Positions 1 to 13,707 of a DNA stretch of 64,000 nt are shown here, piece by piece. Source of the stretch: Azolla caroliniana (taxonomy: Eukaryota > Plantae > Polypodiophyta); NCBI GenBank assembly GCA_043228905.1, contig JBHGNT010000016.1, positions 2,976,001-3,040,000 of the forward strand, given 5' to 3'. The number at the start of each line of letters is the position of its first letter. Position 1 is the first letter of the stretch. The notes beneath the pieces are model-generated. The model was not told the DNA's origin. It saw only the letters and a list, made by a program, of their open reading frames with translations, and made no database searches. The translations under genes and the position numbers were made by a program.

Positions 1-155
1 AGGTTTGGAACGAGACTTTCATTGATTCACTAAGGATTCAAAATTTCATCTCCATTTGATGGAGCATTATAACATTATAACATTAGAACATTAGAACATT
101 AACATTTAGATCTTGGATTACAATGATGAGCATGTCTCTAATATAATCTTAACAG

Positions 156-3100
156 GTACATGGAAGGTTCATAACTATCGAAATGGGTCGTTGAAACTTC
201 CAAAATTTGAGAAGACATCGGGAAATGCTGTTGTTGAGCTAATAAGCTCCCCTTCAAAAATCACCGGTGTACATTATGTCCAAGTTGAGCTCAAAATCTG
301 TATACTTCTTAGAATGAAGTCAAGGAAAGATTTAAGAGACTGAATTGGTTAGATTTTAATGATTTTGAATTAAACATAGGGCGAGGTGTTACTACACGAT
401 GGAATACATGTAGAAGGAAATGACTTTGAAGCAATTCAAATAAAGATGGAAGGAGTTTATGTGTGGCCATTCAGACAACTTCGAATGGTTGTTAGTGGGT
501 AAGTGTAGCATGGAGAAAGTGGCTTTGTTAAGTAGCTTCATCAAAATCTCAAAAATGAATGCTTGGTATTCTTGTGCAGCCCGTATGATCCAGAAACAAG
601 AAATGGTGATGAGTTTTTGCAATCCAACCCTTATCATCTGGTAAAGAGGTTGAAGTATTTAATGTATCTAAAACGCTTCAAATGTCATCAGGCATTAATA
701 AGTGCAAATTTTGAGTCAGCATGTATGAGTTTTGTTGGGGCTATAGATCATTGAAATTTCCAAATGAACTTATTTGGAATATGGAGTTCCTGGACCATAT
801 GATGTTAACAAGTGGTTTTGTATATGATTTTGTGACACAAAGAAGACTGTAAACATCAAGAGAAAGAAATGAACATTTTGTTTTGGCTGTATTGGTAGGA
901 GGACAAAGAAGACTGTAAACTTCATAATTGGGATTTTGAAAAAAATCATTCATTCTTGAAATCATATACAGCTTGTATCTTAACTTTTTGTAGAGCAAGT
1001 ACAGATGGAAGCTTTGTCTAGGAAATTCCTACATTATGTTGTCTCCATGTGGTCTCCTATATTAATAGTGCATTGCACAGTTATGTTGCATTAATGGAGA
1101 TACATTGTATTAAGGCAGATGTATCAAAGTAATATTTATGGTCTACATGATCTGAGAGGATAATGTATTAACTGTCTTGTACCCTTGGATGCAGCTTGGA
1201 ATTTTTTCGTCTCAAGTTCTCCAAGAATCTCCCAGAGATCGAATACGGAGAAAGGCAAAGAATGGTATGAGCCTGCAAGTGATCATTTTTCATCTCTGCC
1301 ATTGATGTGTTTTTGGTAGATTGACTTAAATTATTTCTATTTTTGGAAGCTTTCATGTTAAATATGTCCTCCAGAATTTATTCAGAGAGATTCTGTGCTT
1401 TATTCGCAGCTCAGATTGTAACTTTGGATAAGGATTGCAAAGTCCAAATGGCGGCTCACATTTCTCAGGTCTTCTCTGACTATAAGAGTAATCTCTCCTC
1501 CTTCTCCCTTATGATGATAGAACTGCATTTAGTCTTCTGAGATTTATATGGTCTGGCTACTTTGAATGATTTCTTCACCATAATGGAAATCAGTCAGATT
1601 GATTCTGATGGCATTAGCTGCCACTGGCAATCCACCAAAAACCTACACATAGATTCATTTGTGCATAACAAGAGAATCAGTCGGGAAATTCTATAATCTT
1701 TAGTACTTGGGGAATGCTTTGATTATAGTAGCTTTCACTTTTCTAGCTTGTTTTTATGAATTTATGAAGTAATACCCTATTAATGTTCAGGCTCTGAGCG
1801 TGATCATCAAGCTTACCGAATGCAAGGACTGGTGGAAAGTGCTACAATTGAGAGTGACGATGCCTGCTTTTCATCGTTAATCTTAAATACTACTTCCGTC
1901 AATGTAGAAATTTACTATAATAAAGCTGTGAATTATACACTGGTGGTGACATTTGTATCCTCAGTTTATACATCCTTACAAAGAAAGCTAGTTTTTGCCT
2001 CAATGATGATTGTTTCAACTTTTTTATTATAATGCTATACGGTGAACACTTTCCTTGACAAGTTTTGTTGCATAGATCTCCTTCTTGCAGGTCTTATGCT
2101 TGATTAAACAGATGGATCATAGCAATACACAATCGGTACAATATATCCTGCCCTTTTCTATTCATTTGTGCTGCTGTTGCTTCATAGCATGACTGAGTTT
2201 TCATGTTGTGAATAATGTTTGTTTTATTTAGGGAGCTGCAAAAGTTTCCCTTCTTATGATCGGTCAACAAGCGATCATGGATGCTTATTTATGCCTTCTG
2301 CATTTAACTGCTGGCATTCTTGTGGGTGAGGCATCGAGATCATTAAAATGTATTGATAAAAGGATTTAGTATATGCAAGTTAAAGTATTAGTGTGGGAAA
2401 CTTTTGAAACAATGAATCTTTGATAATGATTAGTAGAGCATTTTTCAATAATAGCCAATTTGGTTCAACTTGCAAAAGAAGGCACTCATCTCTATTCTGT
2501 AGGTTTCTTTGTACCAAACTAGTGGATAGAATCATGCCAACCTAGTTTTCTTTTTGCTCTACAAGATTGTAAGAAACATAATCAAATGGGATGCATGTAG
2601 ATGGGACTGAAAGAGCGATTCCCTATAACTAAAGGGAATGAGAAAATGAGATGAGCCAAGCGATGTGAAGCTGAAAAATGATAATTCCTATCACAATGTT
2701 TAATGGACGATGGATCTCTTGGTTCATTTACCTTATGGCTTGCATTTTGTTCTTAAGTTGAATAGTAAATTGAACACAGTTCCTCTCTATATGGAACCAT
2801 CCATATTATGACAAGAGGAGCTCAAGGAAGGGAATGAATATGGAATGGAAAATGCTAGGGATATATGAGACATTCCCTGATATCATGATAGGAGCTCAAA
2901 CAAAGGAAAGGGATAGGGGATGGTCCAGTCAAACCAATGAAATGATAACCGACACAACAAGGCTTCCCAGGCAAAAAACCATGATTGTATTGTCATGGCA
3001 AAAACCATCTAGGACGTTGAGATGATGTTTTAGACTTGCATGAGATTCTGAGACCAGGACTGTGTTGTTGGTGAAAAGCAAAATGCAAAAACCTAATATG

Positions 3101-5731
3101 TCAATTCCCTTGTTGACTTCATGTGTGGTGTAGTCTGCTACCTTGCTGATGTACACTCCAAAGAGGATAGGGGCGAGTGGGTGTCATAGTTTCATGCCAA
3201 TGGTGATTGTGATTTCATCTGATAGCCCCTTTGGACATCTAACTCGTCCCAACACTTGCTCATATAGTATATATATCATCCACATCATGTCAAATGGAAT
3301 TTTGAGTGCACAAAGTCTTTGTTGCAAATATTCCCCAGGTGCAGCATGCACTCTATCATCAGTTCGAATCACTCTATTATCTTCCACTTTGTTTATGTTC
3401 CAAGTGTGGACAAACTAAGCGGTAGTTGAACAGGGGTAGGGCATTTTTATTTATGCCATGTGTTTGGAACCATTCCCATATTTCAGCATATCAACAAAGT
3501 GCATGTCCATGTTCCGCCAGCTATTTTGTGACACAATGCCAATCTTGAGTACATGTGCTTTGGGAGTTTGCAAATCCGTTGGATACAAGTCAATGATTGC
3601 ATTAGATCCTCAGTCACTATTGAATCTACCCCCATCTAAGCTTGGATTATATTATAAGGCACTGATTCTTTGGTCTCTACGTAGCCAATCTCCAAAGCTC
3701 TCCAGTTCTGTGATCCATGAAGGCTTGATCCCCAGCCTTCCATCCGTTTGAGAATCGTTCAAGTGTATCAAACAATCACAGCTGTGTCTGTTGTTCTTGG
3801 AGGTGTATATGTGCACATTTGTCTTCCAAGGGCACCAAGGGTTGCATATCCATGAGAATGTCAAGCACATGCTGCCTTTTTGTAATGAGAACCAAGGCTC
3901 TATTAATGTTACTCTTAGGTTTGTATAGGATTTTTTTTGTATGCCACCTGCTTCTCTCTCAAGAAAAATTTTCAGTTCTGGTTTTGTTACCCATGTTTGA
4001 GTGGTATAACATTGTCATTTTAGTTTTATTAAGGTTTACTCGCAAATCCTATCTATGCAAAAGAGGAAGAGAGATAGAGAGGGAGATAAGAGATTGAGAG
4101 ATTACTTTCTGGCTTGTGTATGTAGAGTCTCTTTTCAATGCATTTGCAACAGCTGCCTTCTTCAAGTTTGTAATATTCTCCATATTTGAGATGAGATACC
4201 TCCTTGCTATTTGGAAAGCTAGGCGACCATTAAACTCTGGTGAAGGCTGGGAAATCATGAGACGGGAATTATCCGTTCTCTATTCTCGATTTTGTATGTG
4301 TCATTCCTCTTTGTATTCCATTCTGTTTCTTCTTCTTTTTCTTATAGCATTTACAAAAAATTATCTTTAAAAAACTATGGCTGACTAATTGTGCAGATGG
4401 TGTTCTACTAGGAGGCATTCTCATAATGTACGAATTCCACAATATGCTGCCATATATTATATTCTTCTTTTACTCCTTTTGGATACCACAGATTGTTAGT
4501 AATGTTATAAGGGATACAAGGAAACCCTTGCATGTTCACTATATCTTGGGAATAACTGCTACACGCTTAGCTGTTCCCTTGTATGTTTTTGGGTGCCCAA
4601 AGAATTTTATGCGGATTGAAGTGGATATCAAATGGTGTATATGTCTGACTACTTTTCTTGTTGCTCAAGCAATCATTCTGCTCCTCCAACATTATTTTGG
4701 TGCATGTTGGTTTATCCCTCGCCAGGTTTGATTCATTGACCACTTAAACTAAGTTAAACATAATTGGATGATCTTTCTGGTGTTTCTCTATTTTATATCA
4801 TTCCATTGCATCTTATTTTATATAACCTATACCAGAATTTTTTAAACATAGTACAAATCACTAAGGCACCAATTGAAGTTTTTGATGACATTCGTGTAGA
4901 TTTTAGGGACTGCACCTTACCATAGATTTCCAATACTTTAGTAAAACTGATTACGAATAACAAATTTCAGAATGGGAACCCAAGGCACAGATCTGGGAAA
5001 GATATGACATTTTCATGTTTGTGCCGTTTTTGTAGTCATCTGGTAATACCCTTTTACCATATAGCACCATCTCCAAGAGACTTTTTATTTTTATGATTTG
5101 TTACTTTTTTGTCTTGTGGAAATATCGGCAAGATGAAAAATTTGCTTACAATTACGAGAGGAGAACCAACCATCATGTCAAACACTAGACATTCTGCATA
5201 GTCAATTGGTGTCATTTATCTTAGCTTCGTTCTTTCTTTATTGCATTTATGATGAAACAATCAAACTGTGTCAAACACATGGAATGCTGAAGCAACTAAG
5301 GTTGTGCATTCACTCGTCTGAAAGAATACATCCTTCTCTTTGTTATGTTTGATTTGCATATATCTGAGATTCATATTTCAGTCTGGTTTACTTTGTTACC
5401 ATTCTTTTGCAGTTATTACCAGAGAAATATAGCTATTACAGGAGGGTTGTTAGGGAAGACAATGTCTCTGTAGATTGTGTGATTTGTATGACTACTATTG
5501 ACACTGTGCAGAGAGGTTCAGAATATATGGTAAGTGATAACATACATTTTTACCTTATGATAGAATATAGCATTCATGTGGGATAATCTTCTCGAGTCTA
5601 ATATATCTCACACACTCTCTCATTCGAAGGTAACTCCGTGTGACCATTTTTTCCATGCTGGTTGTTTGCAACGGTGGATGGACATCAAAATGGAATGTCC
5701 TACTTGTAGAAGATCATTACCGCCAGTGTAG
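156..5731 (+). CDS. FLY1: Transmembrane RING-H2 E3 ubiquitin ligase, FLY1/FLY2 (yeast Tul1) family; 5' exons lie outside the window
   Basis: Spliced GT-AG exons in consistent phase: 156-283, 380-498, 580-640, 1195-1264, 1410-1487, 1791-1954, 2076-2135, 2232-2325, 4126-4293, 4397-4725, 5413-5529, 5630-5731. Motifs EGVYVWPFRQLR, YYNKAVNYTL, GAAKVSLLMIGQQAIMDAYLCLLHL, FEMRYLLAIWKA, YSFWIPQIV and a C-terminal RING-H2 CVICM...TPCDHFFHAGCLQRWMDIKMECPTCR. Confidence 0.93.
2600..4095 (-). mobile_element. Possible highly degenerate LTR-retroelement remnant in a FLY1 intron
   Basis: Intron of 1.8 kb with broken, protein-like minus-strand stretches and a PBS-Met-like remnant (ccaaggctct..., about 3891-3906) next to a TG-starting, GA-rich segment. 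No intact motifs; boundaries are approximate. Confidence 0.25.
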
Positions 5732-7108
5732 TAGAGAATTTGATTTGAGAAAGTTGTATAAAGTAATAAACGTTGTCATAGTTGACTCAGTCGGCTAGAA
5801 GCACCCTTTCCCAGCAATTTGAGAGGTTCTTCTAGATTCTGATTTTGTCACCATTGTTACAGAAATGCTATTATAGGGTGCTTTCATGATTATCAATGTA
5901 CTCTCTTGATCATTATTCTAGTTCAGGGACACTTAATATCAGAAGTTCCCAGGTCTTACAGGCACATTGTATGATATATAATGTATAAGAAGTTCCCATG
6001 TATGAGATATGTCACATATACTGGAAGTTTCTAGGTATCCCATTTGCCTAATGTAGTATGAATAATACACAAGAAATGGAAAGCTAAGTGTTTTTTCAAA
6101 ATTTGTTTCTCAGAAATGCTATATGAACCACATCTCCTAATAGAAAAACATATGTAAGTATTAAAGATAAAACATTGGCTGCGTAGATTCCCATTTCAAC
6201 ACCTTGATCGTATGGGTTGATAACAGGTCCATGTAGGAAACCTTGGATGCGTGGGACAAAATGTATTTAGGAAAGAGGAAAGTAGGATAATAGGATTGAC
6301 TAGTAAGGTCAACTAGAAAAATATTCTTTGTTGGCAAGTTAAAATATACTTAGTCTTAAGTATGTGCCATTGACTTTAAGATAAGTACTATCTAGCACTA
6401 TCTTGTATCTAGGGAGTTAGAGTTTGAATCAGGGCCTAAATTTGACGGGTTAGTATTAAAGATTTTTTATGGGCATTTTTTAAAGATGTATGTCAATGAC
6501 GGAAGAGTGCAAAAACTAAGATGTCATTTTTTGGAAAAAAAAAAAACTAACGTGTCATTTGACATACAAATTTAAAAAATGAAAAGCTCTATATAATGCT
6601 ACATTGTTATGCATTTCATTACTATAAAAAATGAATATTGTGTTAATTTATTTTAAGCCAAACAAACAAGATAATGTATCTATTTTTAGGATAGTGTAAA
6701 CTTAAATATCATATTGTAAAGATGCATGATATTTACTACCCACCATTTTTTTGCTAACCTAATTTTTTTAATAAAGGATAGTAATAAGTCTACAAAAAAT
6801 AGGTTTAATAGTTAAAACTACATTAAAATTAAACCTAGAGTCTAGACTCTTAGAGTATTTAATAAAGGTTATTGTGTAAATTAAATTTTAGGTTTCAACT
6901 AATGTTATTGTAAAAAATAAAGAGTTAAGAATATATAACATCAATACATGATATTATTTTAAGAGTGTTCTACAAAAACATATTAATATATTATTATACA
7001 CAGTTCATAGTACATGCTACATACATATGTATATTTACATGTGGCATATATATAAAACATCAAAATATAAATTTTTTATTATAAAAAGATACTTCCCATT
7101 ACATAAGT

Positions 7109-7168
7109 AGAGTGTTTTTACACCCTAATATGTACAGCAGAGTGTTTTTACACCCTAATATGTACAGT
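7109..7168. repeat. Tandem duplication of a ~31-bp unit
   Basis: agagtgtttttacaccctaatatgtacag occurs twice in tandem. Confidence 0.85.
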
Positions 7169-8940
7169 AGAAATGTAATTATAGACATTCAACTACATTT
7201 TGGAAAATAAATATTTAAATTATGGAAAATAAAATTTTAACATGTCATTTATAATGTATATTTCTTAGGGGCCTTTCACATGAAAATGGAAATTTAAACT
7301 TTATATGTCACTTGACAAACTTTTTTATCGGGTGTATGTTTTTTACGGGCAAAATGGCCTTTGAGGGCGTGACACTTGTCAAATTTTTGCCTTGAGCTTC
7401 AATCACATTATGGAAAATAGAATTTTAACATGTCATTTGACATGTATAATTCTTAGGGGACGAAAATTTTTATTGCCTTGAGCTGGGTCATAGTAAATGA
7501 CAAGTTAGTTCACAAAAGGATATCCCACTACTGTTAATTGACTTGTGCATTTAATGTGACACTGATACCTAACATGTAATATAATTATCCACTCTCTTTC
7601 TCTTACACAATGGTTGTGATTATTATCTTCCCCCACTAATTTTGTAGTCGACTAAGGTGTGAACCCATGGGACTACCATTGTGAACTACCATCCATGTTA
7701 GTAGGGTGGCTTTGTTAGAGAGAGAGAGAGAGAGAGAGACGTTGTAATGGGGTATAACGATAATACTATAAACCTTTGAATTGTGTAAAAGGGACATAGG
7801 TGTAATTTAGTTTAATAAGGGAGATGTACAAAGGTAAAATTTTAAACCTTTTACGAGGGTTCTTTCGCATTATTAAGATGCTCCCTAGAGCTGAAATAAC
7901 TACTCATATAATATTTTGTCAAGTCCTTAGCCACTCAAAGAAATCAACATAAGTCACCGTCCTTAACCACCCAAAGAAATCAACGTAAGTTGATTTCCTC
8001 AAGGATTGCCTCACTAAACATGGTTGCTAGGTAATCTCACCTTGTGACATAAGGAAGATGTTGCACAATCATCTAGTTCTTGGCGATCTTTTCCATCCCC
8101 ATGTGTAACTACAACCTAGTACTAGCCCACAACAACATTTTCTACATCCAAAGTGACAATAAGATAAAGAACATGATGCATTGATGGGCAGGGCAGGGAG
8201 GACCCATACACTTAGTAACTAGAGCCTCTTTTTTATAGAGACATGTCCACCATCAACATCATCATACTCTAAATGCAAAGAGCCTAACATAGTAGAAAAT
8301 AGTTTTTTGTGTAGAATGGAGTTAAAAACAAGGTGAATGTTAACTTGTTAAGTGAAATATTTCATATTCTTCAGGTTTTGGGAACCATACAAGGAACAAT
8401 ATTTTCGGTCCAAAATATTGGTCATAGCACAAATGTATATAAGAAACATTGCCTAGGGAACCACCTTTTTTTATGCAAGACCGGTACGAATGGGCTTCTA
8501 ATATGAAAGGAAACCTTCAGGTTTCCAAATTATATAAAAGGGCAAGAGCTTTCATGTAAAAGAGGCATTTGGGTGCCCAAATTTGGAGTTAAGTTTTGGT
8601 CCTCTCTCTCTCTCTCTCTCTCTCTTTTACATCTACTAAGGGTTACATTTCTCTATGTAGCTTTTCCACACTAATTAAACGAGATATACATATTCTTCAC
8701 TAGCTAATTATCTACTTAAATGAGACACCTTATACATTTCTTATGCAATGATTAATGTAGTGATTAAGATAGCTAATTAAGATACTTATATATATTAATT
8801 AATGTAGTGATTAGGTGTGTGTGAATTATATATTAACTTAAAAAGACTTTGAGGCTTCCATGGAGTGGAGAGGTAAGTGGCCTTTTTTAAGTTGATGTAT
8901 AATGTGGTCATTACCATTGGAAAAACATGATTAACCAAAC

Positions 8941-9071
8941 TTTTTTCTTCCTCGCCACGAGCTTTACCATCACCATATCATACATGTGTGATATGACGTT
9001 TTGATCGTGGGGTTTGATCTCATGCACGAGTGATCTTAAGTTTCTACCCTTAACCACTTGAGCAAATCAAC
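8941..9071 (-). mobile_element. Degenerate tRNA-Leu-derived SINE-like copy 1
   Basis: Same layout as 9147-9283 (tRNA-Leu(UAA) head, ...GATGGTAAA...GTGGC.AGG.. body, A-rich tail), but more decayed. Confidence 0.55.
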
Positions 9072-9146
9072 TAGTGAAATCCAGCATAACCACTTAACTA
9101 TACATCTCGTCAATACATGGACCTTTCCTACATTGACAATATTGTA

Positions 9147-9283
9147 TTTTTTTCCTTGCCACATGTTTTACCATCATCTTACTATAAAGACATGCTAGCA
9201 TGTTCATTGTGGGGTTTGAACCCACATGCACTTGTGTGCAGGCGATCTTAAATCACCCCCCTTGACCACTCGAGCAAATCAAC
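9147..9283 (-). pseudogene. tRNA-Leu(UAA) pseudogene / SINE-like copy 2
   Basis: Reverse complement of 9201-9283 is GTTGATTTGCTCGAGTGGTCAAGGGGGGTGATTTAAGATCGCCTGCACACAAGTGCATGTGGGTTCAAACCCCACAATGAACA. It has a TAA anticodon, a long variable arm, one acceptor-stem mismatch and a TTCAAA T-loop. A ~50-bp body and an A7 tail follow. Confidence 0.75.
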
Positions 9284-10079
9284 CACTTGAGTTTGATACA
9301 ATAAATATCAAAGAATAACCAAAAATGTCCCTACTCATTGAGTGCAAGAAATCTTGATAGCATGTGAATAAATCATGTGTAACATGAATGATGTCATTAA
9401 GTAAATGAACACATGGTAAAGGTTTAGGGTTTACAATTATCATGCGTTCATTATATACAAATGAATGATGCTATTAAGCAAATAACTTAGAAGATGCCCA
9501 AAGTTTATGAAATTTTCATGATGAGTCTAGTATCATAACTTCAAAACGAAGGTCATGCAAGTGGAGGCTCAAAATAAGGATAAACTATGCATTGTGTACA
9601 ATAACAAGCTACTTGAAATGGTAGAAATCTTAAATACCTTAGGCTTGAGGTTACCTCTAATCATAGAAACAATGAGCATGTTAGACACGACTTGGAAGTG
9701 AGAAAAACAATTACTCCTTAAGCCATTCAGAGTAAAAAAACGAGCGTAACACTTTTTTCTCTACTGAAGTGTCAAGTCAAGATTTAAACTAGGCATACAT
9801 AGTACTTCGTTCATAACTTAAACACATGCAATTCTCCCGACATTAGAGAACATGAAAGGGAGATGATGAGGATCTAGATAACAAAATGCACCAGCATTTG
9901 GGGGGGGGTGGTATATTGACATTACTTCTTCAAACACTTACTTGCAAGATTGTCGTGCCTTTTCAAAATGATTGGGCACTAGGAAATCATGCAGATTGTC
10001 ACAACAAATGTCGGGAATGGGGTGGTACATATCGGGGTGTTATTTTCTTCACTCTTCGTATTAGTAAGACGAGCCCAAG

Positions 10080-10414
10080 TAACAATCGGCAACGGACCGA
10101 ATCGTGAAACCGCGGTTTAACGGTTATTTATTTATTTAAATTTTTACAAAATTTAAAAAAATTTGTAAAAAAGGTAAAAAATGTTTTAAACAATCTTTTT
10201 CTTTTTTAGACCTTATTCTCACATTAAATGAACATCTTTTAAATTTTAAGAATTTAAAATAATGAGATATTTTAAATTTGACCTAAGTTGAAAACCGAAA
10301 CTGAACCACGAAACCGTGGTTTTAACGGTTTGATTGAATGGTTTTGTGGTTCAAAATTGTTAACCGGTTCAGTTTTGACCCTCTCAAACCGAACCGAACC
10401 GTTGCCGATTGTTA
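10080..10414. mobile_element. hAT-type MITE
   Basis: Perfect 16-bp TIR TAACAATCGGCAACGG / CCGTTGCCGATTGTTA; 8-bp TSD agcccaag/agccaaag (1 mismatch); AACCG-rich subterminal motifs. Confidence 0.88.
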
Positions 10415-10510
10415 AGCCAAAGCTAGATGGAAGTAGCATTTTTTTTTCCATGGCTTCGGACGGTTTGGAGTTTGGACTGCCCGCCCAAAGCGACAGTGTG
10501 AAACCGAAAC

Positions 10511-10579
10511 AAAACCCTAATTCAATCAGGGAAGGCTATATAAAGATATGTATGTAAATAGAAACCCTAATTCAATCAG
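10511..10579 (+). promoter_or_regulatory. Duplicated telo-box (AAACCCTAA) promoter-like segment
   Basis: aaaccctaattcaatcag occurs at about 10512 and 10562 with a TATATAAA between them; the gene it drives was not identified. Confidence 0.35.
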
Positions 10580-12439
10580 TGTTAAACAGACAGATTGATC
10601 AATGCAGTAGCTATGGACGCTTGTGAGGTTTTCTTGTCGTTCAGCACCATTTTTACTGATTGCAGTCTGGAAGAATCTCTTTAAGTTTTCCTTACCTGTA
10701 TGAGCTGGTGCTCACATCAATGCCTATTTCTTGCTGTCTTTGCCTTTGTGTCTCCTTTTCTTCCCATGGTGACTCTGAGCAAGCGGATTTGGCAACAGTT
10801 CCATGTGTCAAATGAATCTCTATAGGAAGTGGGCCTTTATCTACATTGCGACGATGTTGAGCAACTCCGTTCCTGTGCGACTAAAAGGTAGGGTCTTCTA
10901 TTTTTGCTGCCTCATTCGTAGTTGTAGTAATAGTCTGTTTCTCTCGGTAATTTGTGGTTAAAAGTCTTGCAGGTTTCCTATTGATTATGGTCACGGGTGT
11001 GGAAATTTGTGTTTTGACAGGATTTTCTTTAGAAAATAGCTAGCAAAGGTAGTCATCAATCAAAGTTAGTGTCGGTGATATTCGATTCAAATGAACTTCC
11101 GATTGATGCACAAAATTACTGAGGTACTGAATGTCTCTCATTGAATTGCCTGAAATGGAATCGCCTAGCATGTCATCCTCGAAAATTTGACTCGATTAGC
11201 GGTATGGGCTCAGTTGTGAGTGGAGAAAGAGGCTGAGAGGTTATTAAACGGGAAAAATAATGTAGAATTAATAGGTCAAACTTTTCGTGATAGACAGTGG
11301 ATTTTTCTGGGACTTTTGTGCATCCAATGAGGAGTATAACATATGCGCAGATAATCCCCATAACGTTTAGTTTTCAATCCATTTCATGCACCATGCCAAT
11401 GAGCTGAGGAATCTGGATATTGATAATAAAATAACACAAATAATAGCAATTTAGTGAGGAAGTGTATGTCAATCCATTTCATGCTGCGTGACAATGAGCT
11501 GAGGAATCCGATGAGGTATATGTTTGTTAAACGATGCGACTTTTCTCTTAAACACGAGCAAACCATATCCTAATTCATCCATGTTGTCTTCGCATTTCTT
11601 AAAATGTGCCATGGCCATTCCTTGAAGCTTCCATTTTTGTACTTTTTCTTGTTGAAAATAAATAAACTCTATCTCTTGTGTGCGACGAGTTAGTCTGTCA
11701 CATAACTTGTTGTGTGTCGTTATTTAATCTTCTAGATTCTTCTTCTGTCATTAAGAAATTGAATAAAAGATACAGTTTATCTGAATGATATCGTATTTTA
11801 CAATAATTACAACACTAATTAGCACCATGCCATAAGGAATCAATTAATATAAATGGGATTATAAACCTTTTGTAAGGATTCTTCCCCATTGTCAACATGC
11901 TCCGTATATCTATAAGTTAAAACTCTCATTGTTTCCTTTATATCCCCTAATTATAAACTCAGAGCCTAATACTTGTATCATTAATAGCTTATAATTATTT
12001 AATCAACTACTTGAAGGTTTATGGAGCTAGTGACGTCTTTGTCTCCCGATTCTTCTACCAAATGAGTTGAAGCATTATAAATAAAGTCTCTTTGCGGTTA
12101 AATTTAACAATTTATCTTGTATGTGTAAGTCACATATTCAGTTCAGAGGTTGCTTTAATAGTTTGTCCATTGTAAATTGCTTGAGGTTATTTGACACCCA
12201 TCCTCACCCATCTCATCAATCAAAATTGTAGACGATGTTTTATTCCTTGCCACATTTACCTCAACGTGGTTCTTAAGAACACCCAAGTAGTAAGTAGCTT
12301 CCAATAAGGATACCAAAAGACATCACTTCCAAGTTCCAAGTTGCCCCCTTTAATCATCTAAGTACTTATCTACCAATTATGTTCAAATATGTGACCAAAA
12401 AAATACAAGTCCTGGTATAGTATTTCGCTAATTAATGCT

Positions 12440-12780
12440 CGTGAAATGGTACTATGCTTCAAGCATGAGTAAAACGGAAGTAAAGATAAATGCATCAACT
12501 AAAAAGAATAAAAAATAGGGTTCATGAACAAGCTTGCTTTGAAAACACCATAGCACCAAACCATATTTTTACTTTTTGAAAGGTGACGAATTATTTTTAT
12601 TGTTGCTTTGAAGAATTGAAAGCAAACCTTTGATATAGCGCCTCATGAGCATATTTGGAGACACATGGAGGTCATTGAAGTGCCAATTGGATACATATCC
12701 GAATTTCTCAAATATATGTGGATGCAGTGCATATGATGATGTATGGAATTTTAGATTTTTTTCAGACTATTTGTACTAAT
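12440..12780 (+). mobile_element. Degraded LINE reverse-transcriptase fragment
   Basis: Nucleotide similarity to the LINE piece near 45700-46010 (aaaacaccatagcacca, tattgttgctt, tttgatat, gagcatatttggag). Confidence 0.65.
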
Positions 12781-13043
12781 CAAGGATGCCTAATCATGCT
12801 AACTTTCTTTGATCAATGTTTTGATCAATTATAACAAATGGTTGACAACTTTGTAAACCAATAATTCATTGAATGCCAGGACAACATGATGGTGAGGAGG
12901 GACATCCGGCTATGCTATTGAATGTTATTGATCTGTCACTCCTTTCTTGGTGGTAAGGCCTTCAAGCCTCCACATTTATACAAAGAGTGGTAGGACTACT
13001 CATAAAGAGTGGTGGAAAAAGTGTTTGTCTTCACACGTTAGGG

Positions 13044-13045
<2 letters not shown>

Positions 13046-13096
<51 letters not shown>
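13046..13096. repeat. (AC)n microsatellite
   Basis: Direct observation. Confidence 0.95.
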
Positions 13097-13098
<2 letters not shown>

Positions 13099-13495
13099 TT
13101 GTATATGCATAGGTAACAAAGACTGCCTTCCCCCTATGTGTGTCTGGAGATTGCCTTCCTCCTATTCTTAAGTGAAATTCATGATAGAATAAGACAAATT
13201 TATAGCAATATAGGGAGCATGCATTTGTAAATCCATATTACACGCCATAAAGATAATCTCAAAAAGGACACTTTTCTGTTGAGCATGAGCAAACTATGTC
13301 TTATGTATGCATCTCGTCTTAGAACTTAAAATCTACCATGTGCATTATTTTAACTTCTATCTTTTTCCGTACCTCTTCTCATTGAAAAGAATTCTAACCC
13401 AACAAGACCAAGTAGCTGGATCAACTCTTAATCTCTAGTGTGATAAGTTTTCTTCTACAAAACATGGATTAATTCATTGTGTCTACTATGTGATA

Positions 13496-13707
13496 GGTTC
13501 CATGTTTTTGTTTGATTTTTTAGATTCTTCCTCATAGGATTTAATCCTCTTAATTTGTGTTGGATTGATTGAAATCCTCTTGATTTGAAACAAACATGTA
13601 CAAATGGGTTCCATGTTTTTGTTTGATTTTTTAGATTCTTCCTCATAGGATTTAATCCTCTTAATTTGTGTTGGATTGATTGAAATCCTCTTGATTTGAA
13701 ACAAACA
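13496..13707. repeat. 101-bp direct duplication with a 10-bp spacer
   Basis: 13496-13596 matches 13607-13707; the spacer is tgtacaaatg. Confidence 0.9.

Noticed and set aside
6428-7400. Degenerate inverted-repeat (MITE-like) structure
   Set aside because: The terminal repeats are too diverged and no TSD could be identified.
9201-9283. Functional tRNA-Leu gene
   Set aside because: It has an acceptor-stem mismatch, no oligo-T terminator after the 3' end, and a body and A-tail shared with a decayed neighbour, so it is treated as a pseudogene or SINE.
10613-11043. Spliced 43-aa micropeptide MDACE...SLENS
   Set aside because: It requires a first intron of about 38 nt, too short for a typical plant intron, and resembles no protein I recognise.
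11370-11495. aatccatttcatgc resembling an antisense guide to 25S rRNA
   Set aside because: The match recalled from memory is imperfect (extra T) and is not placed in a clear C/D or H/ACA scaffold.
13455-13704. ORFs with internally repeated peptides
   Set aside because: They are a by-product of the 101-bp DNA duplication.
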